NCBI GenBank assembly: GCA_963716175.1
Contig: OY970296.1
Coordinates: 1,184,001-1,248,000, forward strand
Source of the DNA: an uncultured Armatimonadetes bacterium
Lineage (GTDB): Bacteria > Armatimonadota > Hebobacteria > Hebobacterales > Hebobacteraceae
Direction of reading: 5' to 3'
DNA length: 64,000 bases
The number at the start of each line of letters is the position of its first letter. Positions within the stretch are counted from its first letter, which is position 1. A program made the translations under genes and the position numbers. Positions 30,268 to 40,626 of this stretch are shown in pieces. Under the pieces are notes generated by a model. The model was not told where the DNA came from, did not search any database, and worked only from the letters and a program-made list of their open reading frames with translations.

Positions 30268-31356
30268 ATGACATCGCGGGAGAGGCTACTGGCGGCTCTG
30301 CACGGCGAGCTGCCCGACCGGCTGCCCTGGGCGCCGGAGTTCAACATCAGGTTCTGCGAGCGGATCCTGCAGGAGCTGCCGGGCGGCCCCACCGCGCCCG
30401 AGGACATCTACATCGAGGCCTGCCGCCGGATCGGGGCAGAGTGCCTGTTTCGGGTGGACGCGGTAGAGGTGCGGTATCCGAATGTGGAGATCAAGGAGGA
30501 GCGCGAGGGCGACCTGATCGTGCGCAGCTACGAGACTCCACTCGGAACCATGACCGCCCGCTCGCGCATGATTGCCGACATCGGCACAGATATGGAGTTC
30601 GAGCACATGGTGCGCGCGCTGGGCGATGTGCGCAGCTATCGGTTCATGTACGATGACGCGGCCTACCGGCCGCGCTACGAGTTCGTGCAGTCTCAGATCG
30701 CGCGAATGGGTGAGGCGGGGATGATCTCCATCTTCGGGCCGCCCACTCCCCTGCTCGACCTGATTATGTTCCAGATCAGGCTGCCCACCATCTACTTCCT
30801 GCTGCACGATCACCCCCAGGAGATGGAGGCCCTGCTGGCGACCATGCACCGCCGCAATTGCGAGTATTACGAGCTCGCCGCGGCCGGGCCCGGGGAGATA
30901 GTGCGGTCATTCGAGGATACCTCCAGCACCCTGATCTCGCCGGGCCTCTACCGGCGATATTGCCTGAGGCAGCTCCAGGACTACCGCGACATCTGCCATG
31001 AGCACGGGAAGCTGTTCGTGCCGCATATGTGCGGGCTGCTCAAGGACCTGCTGCCGGAGCTGCGGGAGACCGGGCTGGACGGCATCGAGGCGATCACGCC
31101 GCCGCTCCTCGGAGATACACCCATCGGCCTGGCGCGGGAGCAGTTGGGGCCCGACATCACGCTCATCGGTGGCCTCGACCCTACAGAGTTCGTGAACGCC
31201 ACGCCGGAGAAGACGCGGCGCATGATCCAGGATTTCGTGGGAGAGATCGGCGACGGCCGGCGGATGGTGCTGGGCCACGAGGAGATCCACATCAAGGCCA
31301 ATTTCGAGAGCGTGCGGGTGATACCCGAGCTGCTGGAGGAGTATGCGCGGTTCTGA
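30268..31356 (+). CDS. Uroporphyrinogen decarboxylase/MtaA-CmuA-like family protein
   Basis: MTSRERLLAAL..ELPDRLP, ETPLG, ED...LISP, HMCG and GGLD motifs. Confidence 0.8.
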   Translation: MTSRERLLAALHGELPDRLPWAPEFNIRFCERILQELPGGPTAPEDIYIEACRRIGAECLFRVDAVEVRYPNVEIKEEREGDLIVRSYETPLGTMTARSRMIADIGTDMEFEHMVRALGDVRSYRFMYDDAAYRPRYEFVQSQIARMGEAGMISIFGPPTPLLDLIMFQIRLPTIYFLLHDHPQEMEALLATMHRRNCEYYELAAAGPGEIVRSFEDTSSTLISPGLYRRYCLRQLQDYRDICHEHGKLFVPHMCGLLKDLLPELRETGLDGIEAITPPLLGDTPIGLAREQLGPDITLIGGLDPTEFVNATPEKTRRMIQDFVGEIGDGRRMVLGHEEIHIKANFESVRVIPELLEEYARF

Positions 31357-31436
31357 CGGCGGGCATGCAGAGATGGCTAGGTCGCCAACGGCGACCGCCA
31401 TGGCGGCCGGAGGCCTAGCCACATGCCCGCCCTACA
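31357..31436 (-). repeat. Composite GTAG REP
   Basis: GGCGGGCATG...GGCTAGG...GACCGCCATGGCGGCC...GGCCTAGCCACATGCCCGCCCTAC matches 9875-9948. Confidence 0.8.
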
Positions 31437-31542
31437 GGGGGCGGGCGTTTCCAGGCGTAGGCAGACGATGGCAGGAACCACGGGATATGGAGGCCAATAG
31501 TTGCTCATCCCGGCCTGACGGGGAACGGATGGGAGAAGAGCG

Positions 31543-32955
31543 ATGGCGGCACAGGATTTCGGGCTGATCGGGCTGGCGGTGATGGGCCAGAACTTGGTGC
31601 TGAATATCGAGGAGAAGGGCTTCTCGGTGGCGGTCTTCAATCGCACCGCGGCGCGCACGCAAGAGTTCATGGCCGGGGAGGCGAAGGGCAAGAACGTCGT
31701 CCCCACCTATTCCCTCGAGGAGTTCATGGCGGCCCTGAAGCGCCCCCGCAAGATCATGCTGATGGTGAAGGCGGGTGACCCGGTGGACGAGTTCATCGGG
31801 CACTTGCTCCCGCACCTAGAGCAGGGCGACCTGGTAATAGACGGGGGCAACTCCTTCTTCCAGGACACCATCCGCAGGAGCAAGCTGCTGGCCGAGAAGG
31901 GGATCCTGTTCATCGGCACTGGGGTCTCCGGCGGCGAGGAGGGGGCACGCCACGGCCCCAGCATCATGCCCGGAGGCCAGCGCGAGGCCTATGAGCTGGT
32001 GGCGCCGATCTTCACCAAGATCGCGGCCCAGGTGAATGGGGAGCCGTGCTGCGCCTACATCGGGCCGGATGGCGCGGGGCACTATGTGAAGATGGTGCAC
32101 AATGGGATCGAGTACGGGGACATGCAGCTCATCTCCGAGGCCTACTACATTATGGCCAACGCGCTCGGGATGGGTGCGAAGGAGCTGCACCGGGTGTTCG
32201 GCAAGTGGGACCAGGGGCCGCTGAATTCCTACCTGATCGAGATCACCCGGGACATCTTCGCGCGCATTGATGAAGAGACCGGGCAGCCACTGGTGGAGAT
32301 GATCCTGGACCAGGCCGGGCAGAAGGGCACGGGAAAATGGGCCTCGCAGAACGCGCTCGATCTGGGGGTGTCCGTGCCGACCATCACGGAGGCCGTATTC
32401 GCCCGCTGCATCTCGGCGATCAAGGCGGAGCGGGCGGCCGCCGCCAAAGTCCTGACCGGGCCGGAGCCCAGGTACAAGAAGGGCAAGAACAGCTTCATCG
32501 AGGCCATCCGGCAGGCGCTCTATGCCTCCAAGATCTGCTCCTACGCGCAGGGGTTCGCGCTGATGCGGGAGGCGGGCAAGGAGTACGGCTGGAAGCTGAA
32601 CTTCGGGGAGCTGGCGAAGATCTGGCGGGGCGGCTGTATCATCCGCGCCCAGTTCCTGCACCGCATCACGGAGGCCTATCAGCGCGACCCGGAGCTGGCA
32701 AACCTGATGCTGGACCCGTTCTTCAAGGAGGTGCTGGAGAGCAGCCAGGAGCAGTGGCGGCACGTGGTCGCTACCGCCAGCACGTTGGGGCTTCCCATCC
32801 CCGCGTTCAGCACGGCGCTGGCCTACTACGATTCCTATCGCCGCGAGCGGCTGCCGGCGAACCTGATCCAGGCGCAGCGGGATTACTTCGGCGCGCACAC
32901 CTACCAGCGAGTGGACAAGCCGGGCACGTTCCACACGGAGTGGACGAAGGCCTGA
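31543..32955 (+). CDS. gnd: NADP-dependent 6-phosphogluconate dehydrogenase
   Basis: [38 protein letters not shown] and [12 protein letters not shown]. Confidence 0.97.
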   Translation: MAAQDFGLIGLAVMGQNLVLNIEEKGFSVAVFNRTAARTQEFMAGEAKGKNVVPTYSLEEFMAALKRPRKIMLMVKAGDPVDEFIGHLLPHLEQGDLVIDGGNSFFQDTIRRSKLLAEKGILFIGTGVSGGEEGARHGPSIMPGGQREAYELVAPIFTKIAAQVNGEPCCAYIGPDGAGHYVKMVHNGIEYGDMQLISEAYYIMANALGMGAKELHRVFGKWDQGPLNSYLIEITRDIFARIDEETGQPLVEMILDQAGQKGTGKWASQNALDLGVSVPTITEAVFARCISAIKAERAAAAKVLTGPEPRYKKGKNSFIEAIRQALYASKICSYAQGFALMREAGKEYGWKLNFGELAKIWRGGCIIRAQFLHRITEAYQRDPELANLMLDPFFKEVLESSQEQWRHVVATASTLGLPIPAFSTALAYYDSYRRERLPANLIQAQRDYFGAHTYQRVDKPGTFHTEWTKA

Positions 32956-33087
32956 ACGGCGGGCATGCCCTTCGGCTCCGCCCGGTATGAACGGGCCTGG
33001 GAGGGGTAAACGCCGATATGCGCGCCCTACGGACCAACGTTCATGAGCGCAGACCAGGCGCATATCTTCCCGCTCAAGAGAGCGACC

Positions 33088-33855
33088 ATGACCAATACCG
33101 TCGAGAATTTCCTGTACCGCAATCCGCAGTTCTACGAGATCGTCTATCCGGAGCCGGATGCCCAAACGCCGCGGATGTGTCGGCGGATGTTCGAGCGCTT
33201 CTTGCCGCAGCCGCCGCGCTCGATTCTGGACATCGGCTGCGGCACAGCGCGGGACCTGGATGTGCTGTCCGGGACCTGTGCGGACTGCTGGGGCGTGGAC
33301 TACCTGCAGACAATGATCGAGTATGCCCGGGCGCAGCGCCCGCACCTGACTTTGCGGGTGGGCGACATGCGCAGCGTGCGGCTGGGACGCACGTTCGATG
33401 CGATCCTATGCATGGGGTCGGCCTTCACGTATGCGTTGACTGATGCCGACATCGAGGATACGCTCGAGACATTCGCCGCCCACGCGCATCCGGGCACGCT
33501 GCTCATCCTTGATCTCAACAACGCTGCCGGTTACCTCGCGGATGGGTGCTTCGCGCCCACGATCGAATTCCGTGTCCAAGCGTCCGGGTTTAGCGCGGTG
33601 GCGTACGCGACAAACACCCTTGATCGCCGCCGGCAGCGACTTACCCGTCGGCGGAAGTGGACGATTGAAGGCCGGGATGAGGTGAACGACTACTGCGAAT
33701 ACCGGTTATTCTTCCCTGCCGAGTTGGAGCATCTGCTTTGTGCGAAGCATTTCCAGATCAGAGGCATGTTCGACAACATGGAACTCAAGGAGACCGATCT
33801 CGCCGGCCCTCGGCTGTACGTTGCCGCGAGCCTGATGCCAGGCGGGAGAATGTGA
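33088..33855 (+). CDS. Class I SAM-dependent methyltransferase
   Basis: ILDIGCGTA, GVD, GDMR and FDAILC. REP clusters on both sides. Confidence 0.85.
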   Translation: MTNTVENFLYRNPQFYEIVYPEPDAQTPRMCRRMFERFLPQPPRSILDIGCGTARDLDVLSGTCADCWGVDYLQTMIEYARAQRPHLTLRVGDMRSVRLGRTFDAILCMGSAFTYALTDADIEDTLETFAAHAHPGTLLILDLNNAAGYLADGCFAPTIEFRVQASGFSAVAYATNTLDRRRQRLTRRRKWTIEGRDEVNDYCEYRLFFPAELEHLLCAKHFQIRGMFDNMELKETDLAGPRLYVAASLMPGGRM

Positions 33856-34002
33856 CATCGGCCCGTGGGGCAGACGCGTGCTCGCCCTGAGCGCAGTCGA
33901 AGGGCCTCCTGCCGGAGTCTTGCGGCGGGGATGCCCTTGGCATGCCCGCCCTACAGAACGGTAACCGGCCGGCGGGTAGATCGCGGTCCTGGAGTCTGGT
34001 GA

Positions 34003-35295
34003 ATGGATGTGCTGAAGGAGATTAAAGGGCTCGGGCACGAGCACCGGCTAATGGTGGACACGGAGATTGACCGCACTCTCCGGCGGGCGCTGGAGGGGCT
34101 CTACCTCACCGGCCGGCGGGTGCTGGTGATCATCCCGGACCACACCCGCACCGCGCCCATCGGGCGCGTCTTCCGGGTGATCTATGAGGTGATGGCCGAG
34201 CGCGTGAGGAAGCTCGACTATCTGATCGCGCTGGGCACCCATCCGCCGCTGCCCCAGGAGATGATCTACCGGCGGGTGGGGATCACGCCCGACGAGCACC
34301 AGAAGCAGTTTCGGAAGGTGGAGTTCTTCAACCATCAGTGGAAGGACCCGCAGGCGCTGGTGGAAATCGGGCGGCTGACCAAGGGCGAGGTGGGCGAGAT
34401 CACCGAGGGCCGCTTCGAGCTGGAGGTGGGGATCACGATCAACCGCATGGCCTTGGACTACGACCTGCTGCTGATCGTGGGGCCGGTGTTCCCGCACGAG
34501 GTGGTGGGCTTTTCCGGCGGCAACAAGTATCTCGTCCCCGGTATCGCGGGCCAGCACATCATTGACTTCTTCCACTGGCTGGGGGCGGTGATCACCAACC
34601 CGGTGATCAACGGGAGGAAATGGACGCCGGTGCGGACCGTGGTGGACCGGGCGGCGGCGATGGTGAAGACGCAGAAGCACTGCATCGCACTGGTAATGAG
34701 GGAAGAGGGGCTGGCCGGGATCTACTTCGGGACCCCGGAGGAGGCCTGGTCCCAGGCGGCCGACCTCTCGCGCAAGGTGCACATCGTCTACCAGGACCGG
34801 CCCTTCCACACCGTGCTCTCCCAGGCGCCGGAGATGTACGATGACCTGTGGACCGCGGGCAAGTGCATGTATAAGCTGGAGCCGGTGGTGGCCGACGGCG
34901 GGACGCTGATCATCTATGCGCCGCACGTGAAGGAAGTCTCGGTGACGCACGGCCATATCATCCAGGAAGTCGGCTACCACACCAGAGATTACTTCCTCAA
35001 GCAATGGGACAAGTTCAGTCATTACCCCTGGGGGGTGCTGGCCCACTGCACCCATGTCAAGGGCATCGGCAGCTACGAGGACGGGGTGGAGAAGCCGCGG
35101 GTGAACGTGGTGCTGGCCACCGGCATCCGCCAGGAGATCTGCGAGCACATGAACCTGGGGTACATGAACCCGCGCACCATCCGGCCGGAGGACTACGCCA
35201 ACCGGGAGGGCGAGGGCGTCCTCTATGTGCCCAAGGCCGGGGAGACATTGTACCGGCTGAAGAACGCTCCGCCGGAGCTGGGCGGGCGCAGTTGA
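34003..35295 (+). CDS. LarA-family nickel-pincer racemase/epimerase (GntE-like candidate)
   Basis: IPDHTR, IALGTH, NH and PHEVVGFSGGNK catalytic motifs. Confidence 0.85.
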   Translation: MDVLKEIKGLGHEHRLMVDTEIDRTLRRALEGLYLTGRRVLVIIPDHTRTAPIGRVFRVIYEVMAERVRKLDYLIALGTHPPLPQEMIYRRVGITPDEHQKQFRKVEFFNHQWKDPQALVEIGRLTKGEVGEITEGRFELEVGITINRMALDYDLLLIVGPVFPHEVVGFSGGNKYLVPGIAGQHIIDFFHWLGAVITNPVINGRKWTPVRTVVDRAAAMVKTQKHCIALVMREEGLAGIYFGTPEEAWSQAADLSRKVHIVYQDRPFHTVLSQAPEMYDDLWTAGKCMYKLEPVVADGGTLIIYAPHVKEVSVTHGHIIQEVGYHTRDYFLKQWDKFSHYPWGVLAHCTHVKGIGSYEDGVEKPRVNVVLATGIRQEICEHMNLGYMNPRTIRPEDYANREGEGVLYVPKAGETLYRLKNAPPELGGRS

Positions 35296-35316
35296 AGCAG
35301 GCAGAGGGGGCCGTTC

Positions 35317-35368
35317 TGTAGGGCGGGCATAGCCATGCCCGCCGGGGCAGGTCCGCGACCTGCCCTAC
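35317..35368. repeat. Inverted pair of GTAG REPs
   Basis: GTAGGGCGGGCATAGCCATGCCCGCC-GGGGCAGGTCCGCGACCTGCCCTAC. Confidence 0.8.
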
Positions 35369-35394
35369 GGGATACCATTCCGGAAAAGTGAGGA

Positions 35395-36972
35395 ATGCCC
35401 TTGACGCTACCGGCTTTGCTCAAAGCTGCTCAGGTCACTCCATTGCTCACGGATCCACAGCTCCCGCGCGAGCTGAGCGCGGCGACGAACTGGGAGGCCT
35501 ATCCCAACTCGATCGTCGCGGCCGCCGGTGTGGTCTATTTCCTGGGCCGGCGGGGGCGAGACAAGCGGGTGTGCCTGCTGTGGGAAGAGGGTGCCTCGCC
35601 GGCCGCGGTGCCGGATTTCTGCGGAGAAGTAGGAGAGTCCCTCAGCGGGCCCCCGGCTGGCCTGCGTCTCCGTCTGCTCGCCGGCCGCCTCGACCATCAG
35701 AACGCGGAGGCGCTGCGCAAGCATCTGCCGTTTACCGCGCCTGAGTTGTTTGGGGTGCAGGCCGCGATCGGGACGGGAGATCGCCTGGGACTGGCGACGC
35801 AGGCCCATGTGCGCGCGGTGCGCGGCAGCGGGCTGCGGCCGTTCTTCGCACAGCAGTCCATCCGGGAGATGACACGGACGGGCCGGACGCCGGAGGAGGT
35901 GATGGACACCGCCACCTTCGGCGTGTTCCAGGAGGGATGGCGGGAGGGGTTCGGCGCGGACGCGGATCACCTGAAGGAGACGAAGGACATCGACGCCTGC
36001 GTGGCTGCGGGCTTCACCATGTTCACCATTGACCCCGGCGACCACGTGGATGACGGGGCCGAGACAGATGATGTCGAGGTTCTGCGGCGGAAGTTCCAGG
36101 CGCTTCCCTGGTCCGAGCTGGAGGCCACGCCAGGTCTGCTGGGCCGCACCTTCGCGGACGCGGTGGAGCTGCCGGACGGCTCGGTGGTGAGGTTCGACGA
36201 GTGGACGCTGCTGCGGGCGGCAGTCAAGTACGGGCGGGCGCTGGCCCACACCGCGATGATGTATCGGCACCTGGCGGACAAGATGAGCGGGCGGCCCTTC
36301 GAGCTGGAGATGTCGGTGGACGAGACCGCTACCCCCACCTCGGTCGCCGAGCATGTGTTCGTGGCGCGGGAGCTGAAGCGGCTCGGGGTGAAGTGGGTGA
36401 GCCTGGCGCCGCGGTTTGTGGGGGAGTTCGAGAAGGGTGTGGACTACATCGGGGACCTGGGTGAGTTCGAGCGCAGCTTCGCCGGGCACGTAGCGGTCGC
36501 CCAGCATTTCGGGCCCTACAAGATCAGCATTCACTCGGGCAGCGACAAGTTCTCTATCTACCCCATCGCCGCGCGCCTGGCCGGGAACCTGGTGCACCTG
36601 AAGACCGCGGGCACCAGCTACCTGGAGGCCTTGCGGGCGATCGCCAAGATTGATCCGAGGCTGTTCCGCGAGATCTTCGGGTTCGCGATCGAGCGTTATC
36701 CCACCGACCGCGCTTCCTACCACGTCTCGGCCGACCTGACGAAGGTACCGGCGCCGGAGAGCGTGAAGGACGCGGAGCTGGCGGAGGTGCTCGACCAGTT
36801 CGACGCGCGCGAGGTGCTGCACGTGACGTTCGGATCGGTGCTAACGGCGCGGGCAGATGGAGGGCCGCGCTTCCGCGATCGTCTGATGAAGGCGCTGGAG
36901 GAGAATGAGGAGGTCCATTACGAGACGGTCCGCGCGCATATCGAGCGCCACGTGAGGCCGTTTGCGCGCTAA
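35395..36972 (+). CDS. uxaE: Tagaturonate/fructuronate epimerase
   Basis: GDRLGLAT, AQQSIREM, GADADHLK, EMSVDE, EFEKGVDY, HSGSDKF and HLKTAGTSYLEA. Confidence 0.92.
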   Translation: MPLTLPALLKAAQVTPLLTDPQLPRELSAATNWEAYPNSIVAAAGVVYFLGRRGRDKRVCLLWEEGASPAAVPDFCGEVGESLSGPPAGLRLRLLAGRLDHQNAEALRKHLPFTAPELFGVQAAIGTGDRLGLATQAHVRAVRGSGLRPFFAQQSIREMTRTGRTPEEVMDTATFGVFQEGWREGFGADADHLKETKDIDACVAAGFTMFTIDPGDHVDDGAETDDVEVLRRKFQALPWSELEATPGLLGRTFADAVELPDGSVVRFDEWTLLRAAVKYGRALAHTAMMYRHLADKMSGRPFELEMSVDETATPTSVAEHVFVARELKRLGVKWVSLAPRFVGEFEKGVDYIGDLGEFERSFAGHVAVAQHFGPYKISIHSGSDKFSIYPIAARLAGNLVHLKTAGTSYLEALRAIAKIDPRLFREIFGFAIERYPTDRASYHVSADLTKVPAPESVKDAELAEVLDQFDAREVLHVTFGSVLTARADGGPRFRDRLMKALEENEEVHYETVRAHIERHVRPFAR

Positions 36973-37079
36973 CGTGGGGGCGTGATTCATCACGCCCAGG
37001 GCGCGATGAACTGCGCCCCGGCGAAGCCGCCAGGCGGGGTCAGGAGACCCCGCCCTACAGAACCGAGGAGAGAGGCAAT

Positions 37080-37967
37080 ATGACTGACCCGCAGGCCCCC
37101 TTGAGGAAGTTCAAGCCAAAGCGCGATTTCCTGGTGGGGATAGACTCGGATGGCTGCGCCTTCGACACCATGGAGATCAAGCACAAGGAATGCTTCATCC
37201 CCAATATCATCAAGCATTGGGATCTGCAGGCGGTGTCGAAGTACGCCCGGGAGGCGGGCGAGTTCGTGAATCTCTACTCGAAGTGGCGCGGGATCAACCG
37301 CTGGCCGGCCTTGCTGATGGTGTTCGACCTGCTGGCCGAGCGGCCGGAGGTGCAGCGCCGCGGGGTGAAGACGCCGGAGGTGTTATCCTTGCGGGAATGG
37401 GTGAAGACGGAGAAGGCGCTGGCGAATCCGGCCCTGAAGGTGGCAGCCGAGAAGACCGGCGATCCCATACTCAGGAAGGCGCTCGCCTGGAGCGAGGCGG
37501 TGAATGCCAGCATCGCGGACATGGTGCACGACGTGCCGCCATTCCCATTCGTATGCGAGACCCTGCAGGCGCTGGAGCCGAAGGCGGATGTGATCGTGGT
37601 GTCGGCCACACCGGGGGAGGCCTTGCGGCGGGAGTGGGCAGAGCACGACATCGCCAGGTACTGCGCCATCATCGCGGGCCAGGAGATGGGCAGCAAGAAG
37701 GATCACCTGGAGCTGGCAGCCGGAGAGAAGTACCCGAAGGATAACGTGCTGATGATCGGCGATGCGCCCGGTGACCTGAGCGCGGCCCGCGCCAATGGCG
37801 CGCTCTTCTTCCCCATCGAGCCGGGGCAAGAGGAGAAGTCGTGGCAGCGGTTCTACGAGGAGGGGATGGCGCGCTTCTTCGCCGGCACCTACGCCGGAGA
37901 GTATGAGGCAAACCTGATCCGGGAATTCGAGGCCCTGCTGCCAGATCGGCCGCCGTGGAGGCGGTAG
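37080..37967 (+). CDS. HAD-superfamily hydrolase
   Basis: IDSDGCAFD, VVSAT, K and MIGDAPGD. Confidence 0.9.
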   Translation: MTDPQAPLRKFKPKRDFLVGIDSDGCAFDTMEIKHKECFIPNIIKHWDLQAVSKYAREAGEFVNLYSKWRGINRWPALLMVFDLLAERPEVQRRGVKTPEVLSLREWVKTEKALANPALKVAAEKTGDPILRKALAWSEAVNASIADMVHDVPPFPFVCETLQALEPKADVIVVSATPGEALRREWAEHDIARYCAIIAGQEMGSKKDHLELAAGEKYPKDNVLMIGDAPGDLSAARANGALFFPIEPGQEEKSWQRFYEEGMARFFAGTYAGEYEANLIREFEALLPDRPPWRR

Positions 37968-38027
37968 GCTCGATCCACCGGAGAGGGGGAACACAGGATG
38001 GCGGCCGAGCGATCAGTCTTTCTGGTC

Positions 38028-38096
38028 TTTCGGGATTTTCAATCCCGAAAGCTTTGCGTGCCCGGGACCACCGTTTCGGGATTGGAAATCCCGAAA
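38028..38096. repeat. Pair of 23-bp palindromes TTTCGGGATT-N3-AATCCCGAAA
   Basis: Copies at 38028-38050 and 38074-38096. The same unit occurs at 58159-58181, with a variant at 59990-60011. Confidence 0.75.
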
Positions 38097-38128
38097 CACC
38101 GGCAAGGGTGAACTCCGACAGGCGCGCT

Positions 38129-39256
38129 CTACAAGCCTCGCGGTTGGGCAGGGCCCGCGGCCTGCTGCAAGGATGCGAGCTGGGCGCGGGAGCCCATGGC
38201 GATCACCTGATCGCCTGAGCTGAGGGTGGTGTCCGGTCGCGGGTTGGTGCGGAACTGCCCCCGCGCGTCCACGATGGCCAGGATCATCGCTCCGCCCTCG
38301 TGAGTGAGCCCGGAGGCGGAGAGGGCCTTGCCGATGGCGGGGGAATCGGGCGCGATGGGGATGGAGCCGATTTCCACATCCAGGTCTTGGCGGTGGAGCA
38401 CCTGCTCCAGGAAGTCCGTCACTCCCGGCTCGGCCGCGGCCGCGGCGAGGGCGCGCCCGCCGATCACATAGGGAGAGGCGACGCGATTGGCGCCCGCCCG
38501 CACCAGCTTGTCCACAGTCGCCTCCTGGCCGGCGCGGGCGACGATGTAGAGGTTGGGGTTGAGCAGCCGGGCGCTGAGCACGACAAACAGGTTGTCCTCA
38601 TCCGTGCCCACGGCCGCGATCAAGCCGCGGGCGCGCTCGATTCCTGCCGCCCGCAGGTGCTCGTCCTGCGTGGCGTTGCCCTCCACGAACGGCAGATCTC
38701 CCGCGCGCAGCAGGTCCAGCGCGGCCGGGTCCTGCTCGATCACGGCCGCCACCAGGCCCCGCCGGCGGAGCTGATCCACGGCCTCCCGGCCCATGCGGCC
38801 ATAGCCGCATACGATGTAGTGATTGCGCATCTCTCGCAAGGTTCGCGACCTCCGTCTGCGCTGCACTTCCGCGCTGAGCTGCTGACCCACCAACAGGCTG
38901 GCTGCGCTGCGGAGAGCAAAGGCCGCCACCGCGATGCCGGTGATGGCGAAGCCGGTGGTGAAGGCCCGCCCCAACTGGCTGAGCGGATGCACCTCCATGA
39001 AGCCGATGGTGGTGATGGTGAGCACCGCCATGTAGATGGCATCAACGGTGGTCCAGGCCGTGCCGCTTCGCCGGCTCTCCACGTTGACGTAGAAAGCGGC
39101 GGCGGCGATCACCAGGGACAGCAGCAGGCACACCGCGACCCAGAACTGGCGGGCCGAGCGGCTCAGGTCCTCCAGCGGGATCAGCCTGGTGCGCCATCCG
39201 TTGAGCTTGCCGGACACGTTCCCCTCGCTCACACTGGCAGCGGCCGGCATGGGCAT
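38129..39256 (-). CDS. Two-TM potassium channel with RCK (TrkA-N/C) domains
   Basis: Filter TTIGF, then CGYGRMG RCK-N and C-terminal RCK-C. The true start is uncertain and may be GTG 39232 or later. Confidence 0.88.
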   Translation of the reverse strand: MPMPAAASVSEGNVSGKLNGWRTRLIPLEDLSRSARQFWVAVCLLLSLVIAAAAFYVNVESRRSGTAWTTVDAIYMAVLTITTIGFMEVHPLSQLGRAFTTGFAITGIAVAAFALRSAASLLVGQQLSAEVQRRRRSRTLREMRNHYIVCGYGRMGREAVDQLRRRGLVAAVIEQDPAALDLLRAGDLPFVEGNATQDEHLRAAGIERARGLIAAVGTDEDNLFVVLSARLLNPNLYIVARAGQEATVDKLVRAGANRVASPYVIGGRALAAAAAEPGVTDFLEQVLHRQDLDVEIGSIPIAPDSPAIGKALSASGLTHEGGAMILAIVDARGQFRTNPRPDTTLSSGDQVIAMGSRAQLASLQQAAGPAQPRGL

Positions 39257-39263
39257 GCCCGCC

Positions 39264-40514
39264 CTACAGCAGCGGCCGCAGGTCCACGCGGCGGCCCTGT
39301 TCCGCGCTCAGGTAGGCCGCATACAAGAGTATCGTCACATCCCGGGCCAACATGAAGCCCGAGATGGGCTCTCTTCCCTCGCTGATCGCGCCCACGAAGT
39401 CGGCGATCTCCTGCAGGTACCCCTGGTTCCAGTGCTCATCCGGGGAGGGGAAGGTCCAGCCGCCCTTGGTCTCGATCTTCTCGCTGATGTACTCCTCCCC
39501 AAGGATCTCGGGCGCGGGCGCATAGGCGACGCAGGCGTCGTTGGGGTTCATGTTGGCGCGGAGGCGGGCGTTGGAGAGGTAGGCCTCCAGGTAGTTGTGC
39601 ACCCCACCGAGAGTAGTGTCGCCGGCTTTCACCTCGGCCACCGAGCCATCCTCGAAAGTGAGCACCATGAGGCCCCAGTCCTCCACGTCCTGCCAGTCGT
39701 CCTTCAGGTAGTGGGTCGGCTCTTGCTTGAAGGCCTCGATGAAAGTGAGATTGCCGACCTCGCAGATGACGGAGGCGGGGCGGATGGGCCGGCCGAACTT
39801 GCGCTCGCCCTCCCACTGCTTGAGCTGAAGCACGGCCCCCAGGGGATGGGCGCCCTTCAGCACCAGCGAGCCGCCGCCGGACGTGCGCCAGCGCTTGGCA
39901 TAAATGGAGCCCGAGCCGGAGTGCGACTCCTCGGCCTCGATGCGCAGGATGGTCCCCCCGGCGGCATCGGCGAGGCGGCGCAGCTTCACAAAGGCCGGCG
40001 CGTAGACCCAGTTCTCGGCATAGCAGAAGCGGACGCCGGCAGCCCGGATGGCGGCGCCGATAGCCTCACAATCCGCGAGCACCTGATCCAGCATGTGCTG
40101 CCTGGAGGTGGTGCTGCCGATCAGGTCGTCCGTCAAGGCAGGCTGCGCACCTGCGGCGGCATGGGCAGGTCGCGGACCTGCCCTACGGGATTGGGGCTCG
40201 CCGAAGTACCCGGTGAGGTGTTTCTCGCAGATGATATGCTTGCCCGCGTGCGCGGCCTGGATGATGAACTCGGTGTGGAGGTGATTGGGGATGGAGAGGT
40301 CAACCGCGTCCAGCTCGACCGAGGCCAGCATCTGGTCCATGCTGGCGAAGGCCTGCGGGATGCCGTGCCTGGCGGCGAAGGCAGCGGCGCGCTCCTGGCT
40401 CCGGCCGCAGACGCCAACGACCCGGCAGCGATCCGGGCCCAGGCTCTGGTAGCCAGGCAGGTGCAGGTCGGCGGCGAAGCCGTACCCGACGAGACCGATG
40501 CGAAGCGTTGGCAT
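39264..40514 (-). CDS. Gfo/Idh/MocA-family oxidoreductase
   Basis: GLVGYGFAA, PNHLH, ICEKHL and HPL. Paralog of the next gene. Confidence 0.9.
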   Translation of the reverse strand: MPTLRIGLVGYGFAADLHLPGYQSLGPDRCRVVGVCGRSQERAAAFAARHGIPQAFASMDQMLASVELDAVDLSIPNHLHTEFIIQAAHAGKHIICEKHLTGYFGEPQSRRAGPRPAHAAAGAQPALTDDLIGSTTSRQHMLDQVLADCEAIGAAIRAAGVRFCYAENWVYAPAFVKLRRLADAAGGTILRIEAEESHSGSGSIYAKRWRTSGGGSLVLKGAHPLGAVLQLKQWEGERKFGRPIRPASVICEVGNLTFIEAFKQEPTHYLKDDWQDVEDWGLMVLTFEDGSVAEVKAGDTTLGGVHNYLEAYLSNARLRANMNPNDACVAYAPAPEILGEEYISEKIETKGGWTFPSPDEHWNQGYLQEIADFVGAISEGREPISGFMLARDVTILLYAAYLSAEQGRRVDLRPLL

Positions 40515-40526
40515 CGCGCCTCCACT

Positions 40527-40626
40527 GGGCAGGAGGCAAGTCGCCAGAGGCGACTGAACCTCCTGCCCAACGGTAGGGCAGGTCCGCGACCTGCCCCGGC
40601 GGGCATGCCTTGCATGCCCGCCCTAC
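40527..40626. repeat. REP cluster between the two Gfo/Idh/MocA genes
   Basis: Nested GGGCAGGAGG...CCTCCTGCCCAAC unit, then an inverted GTAG REP pair. Confidence 0.8.
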
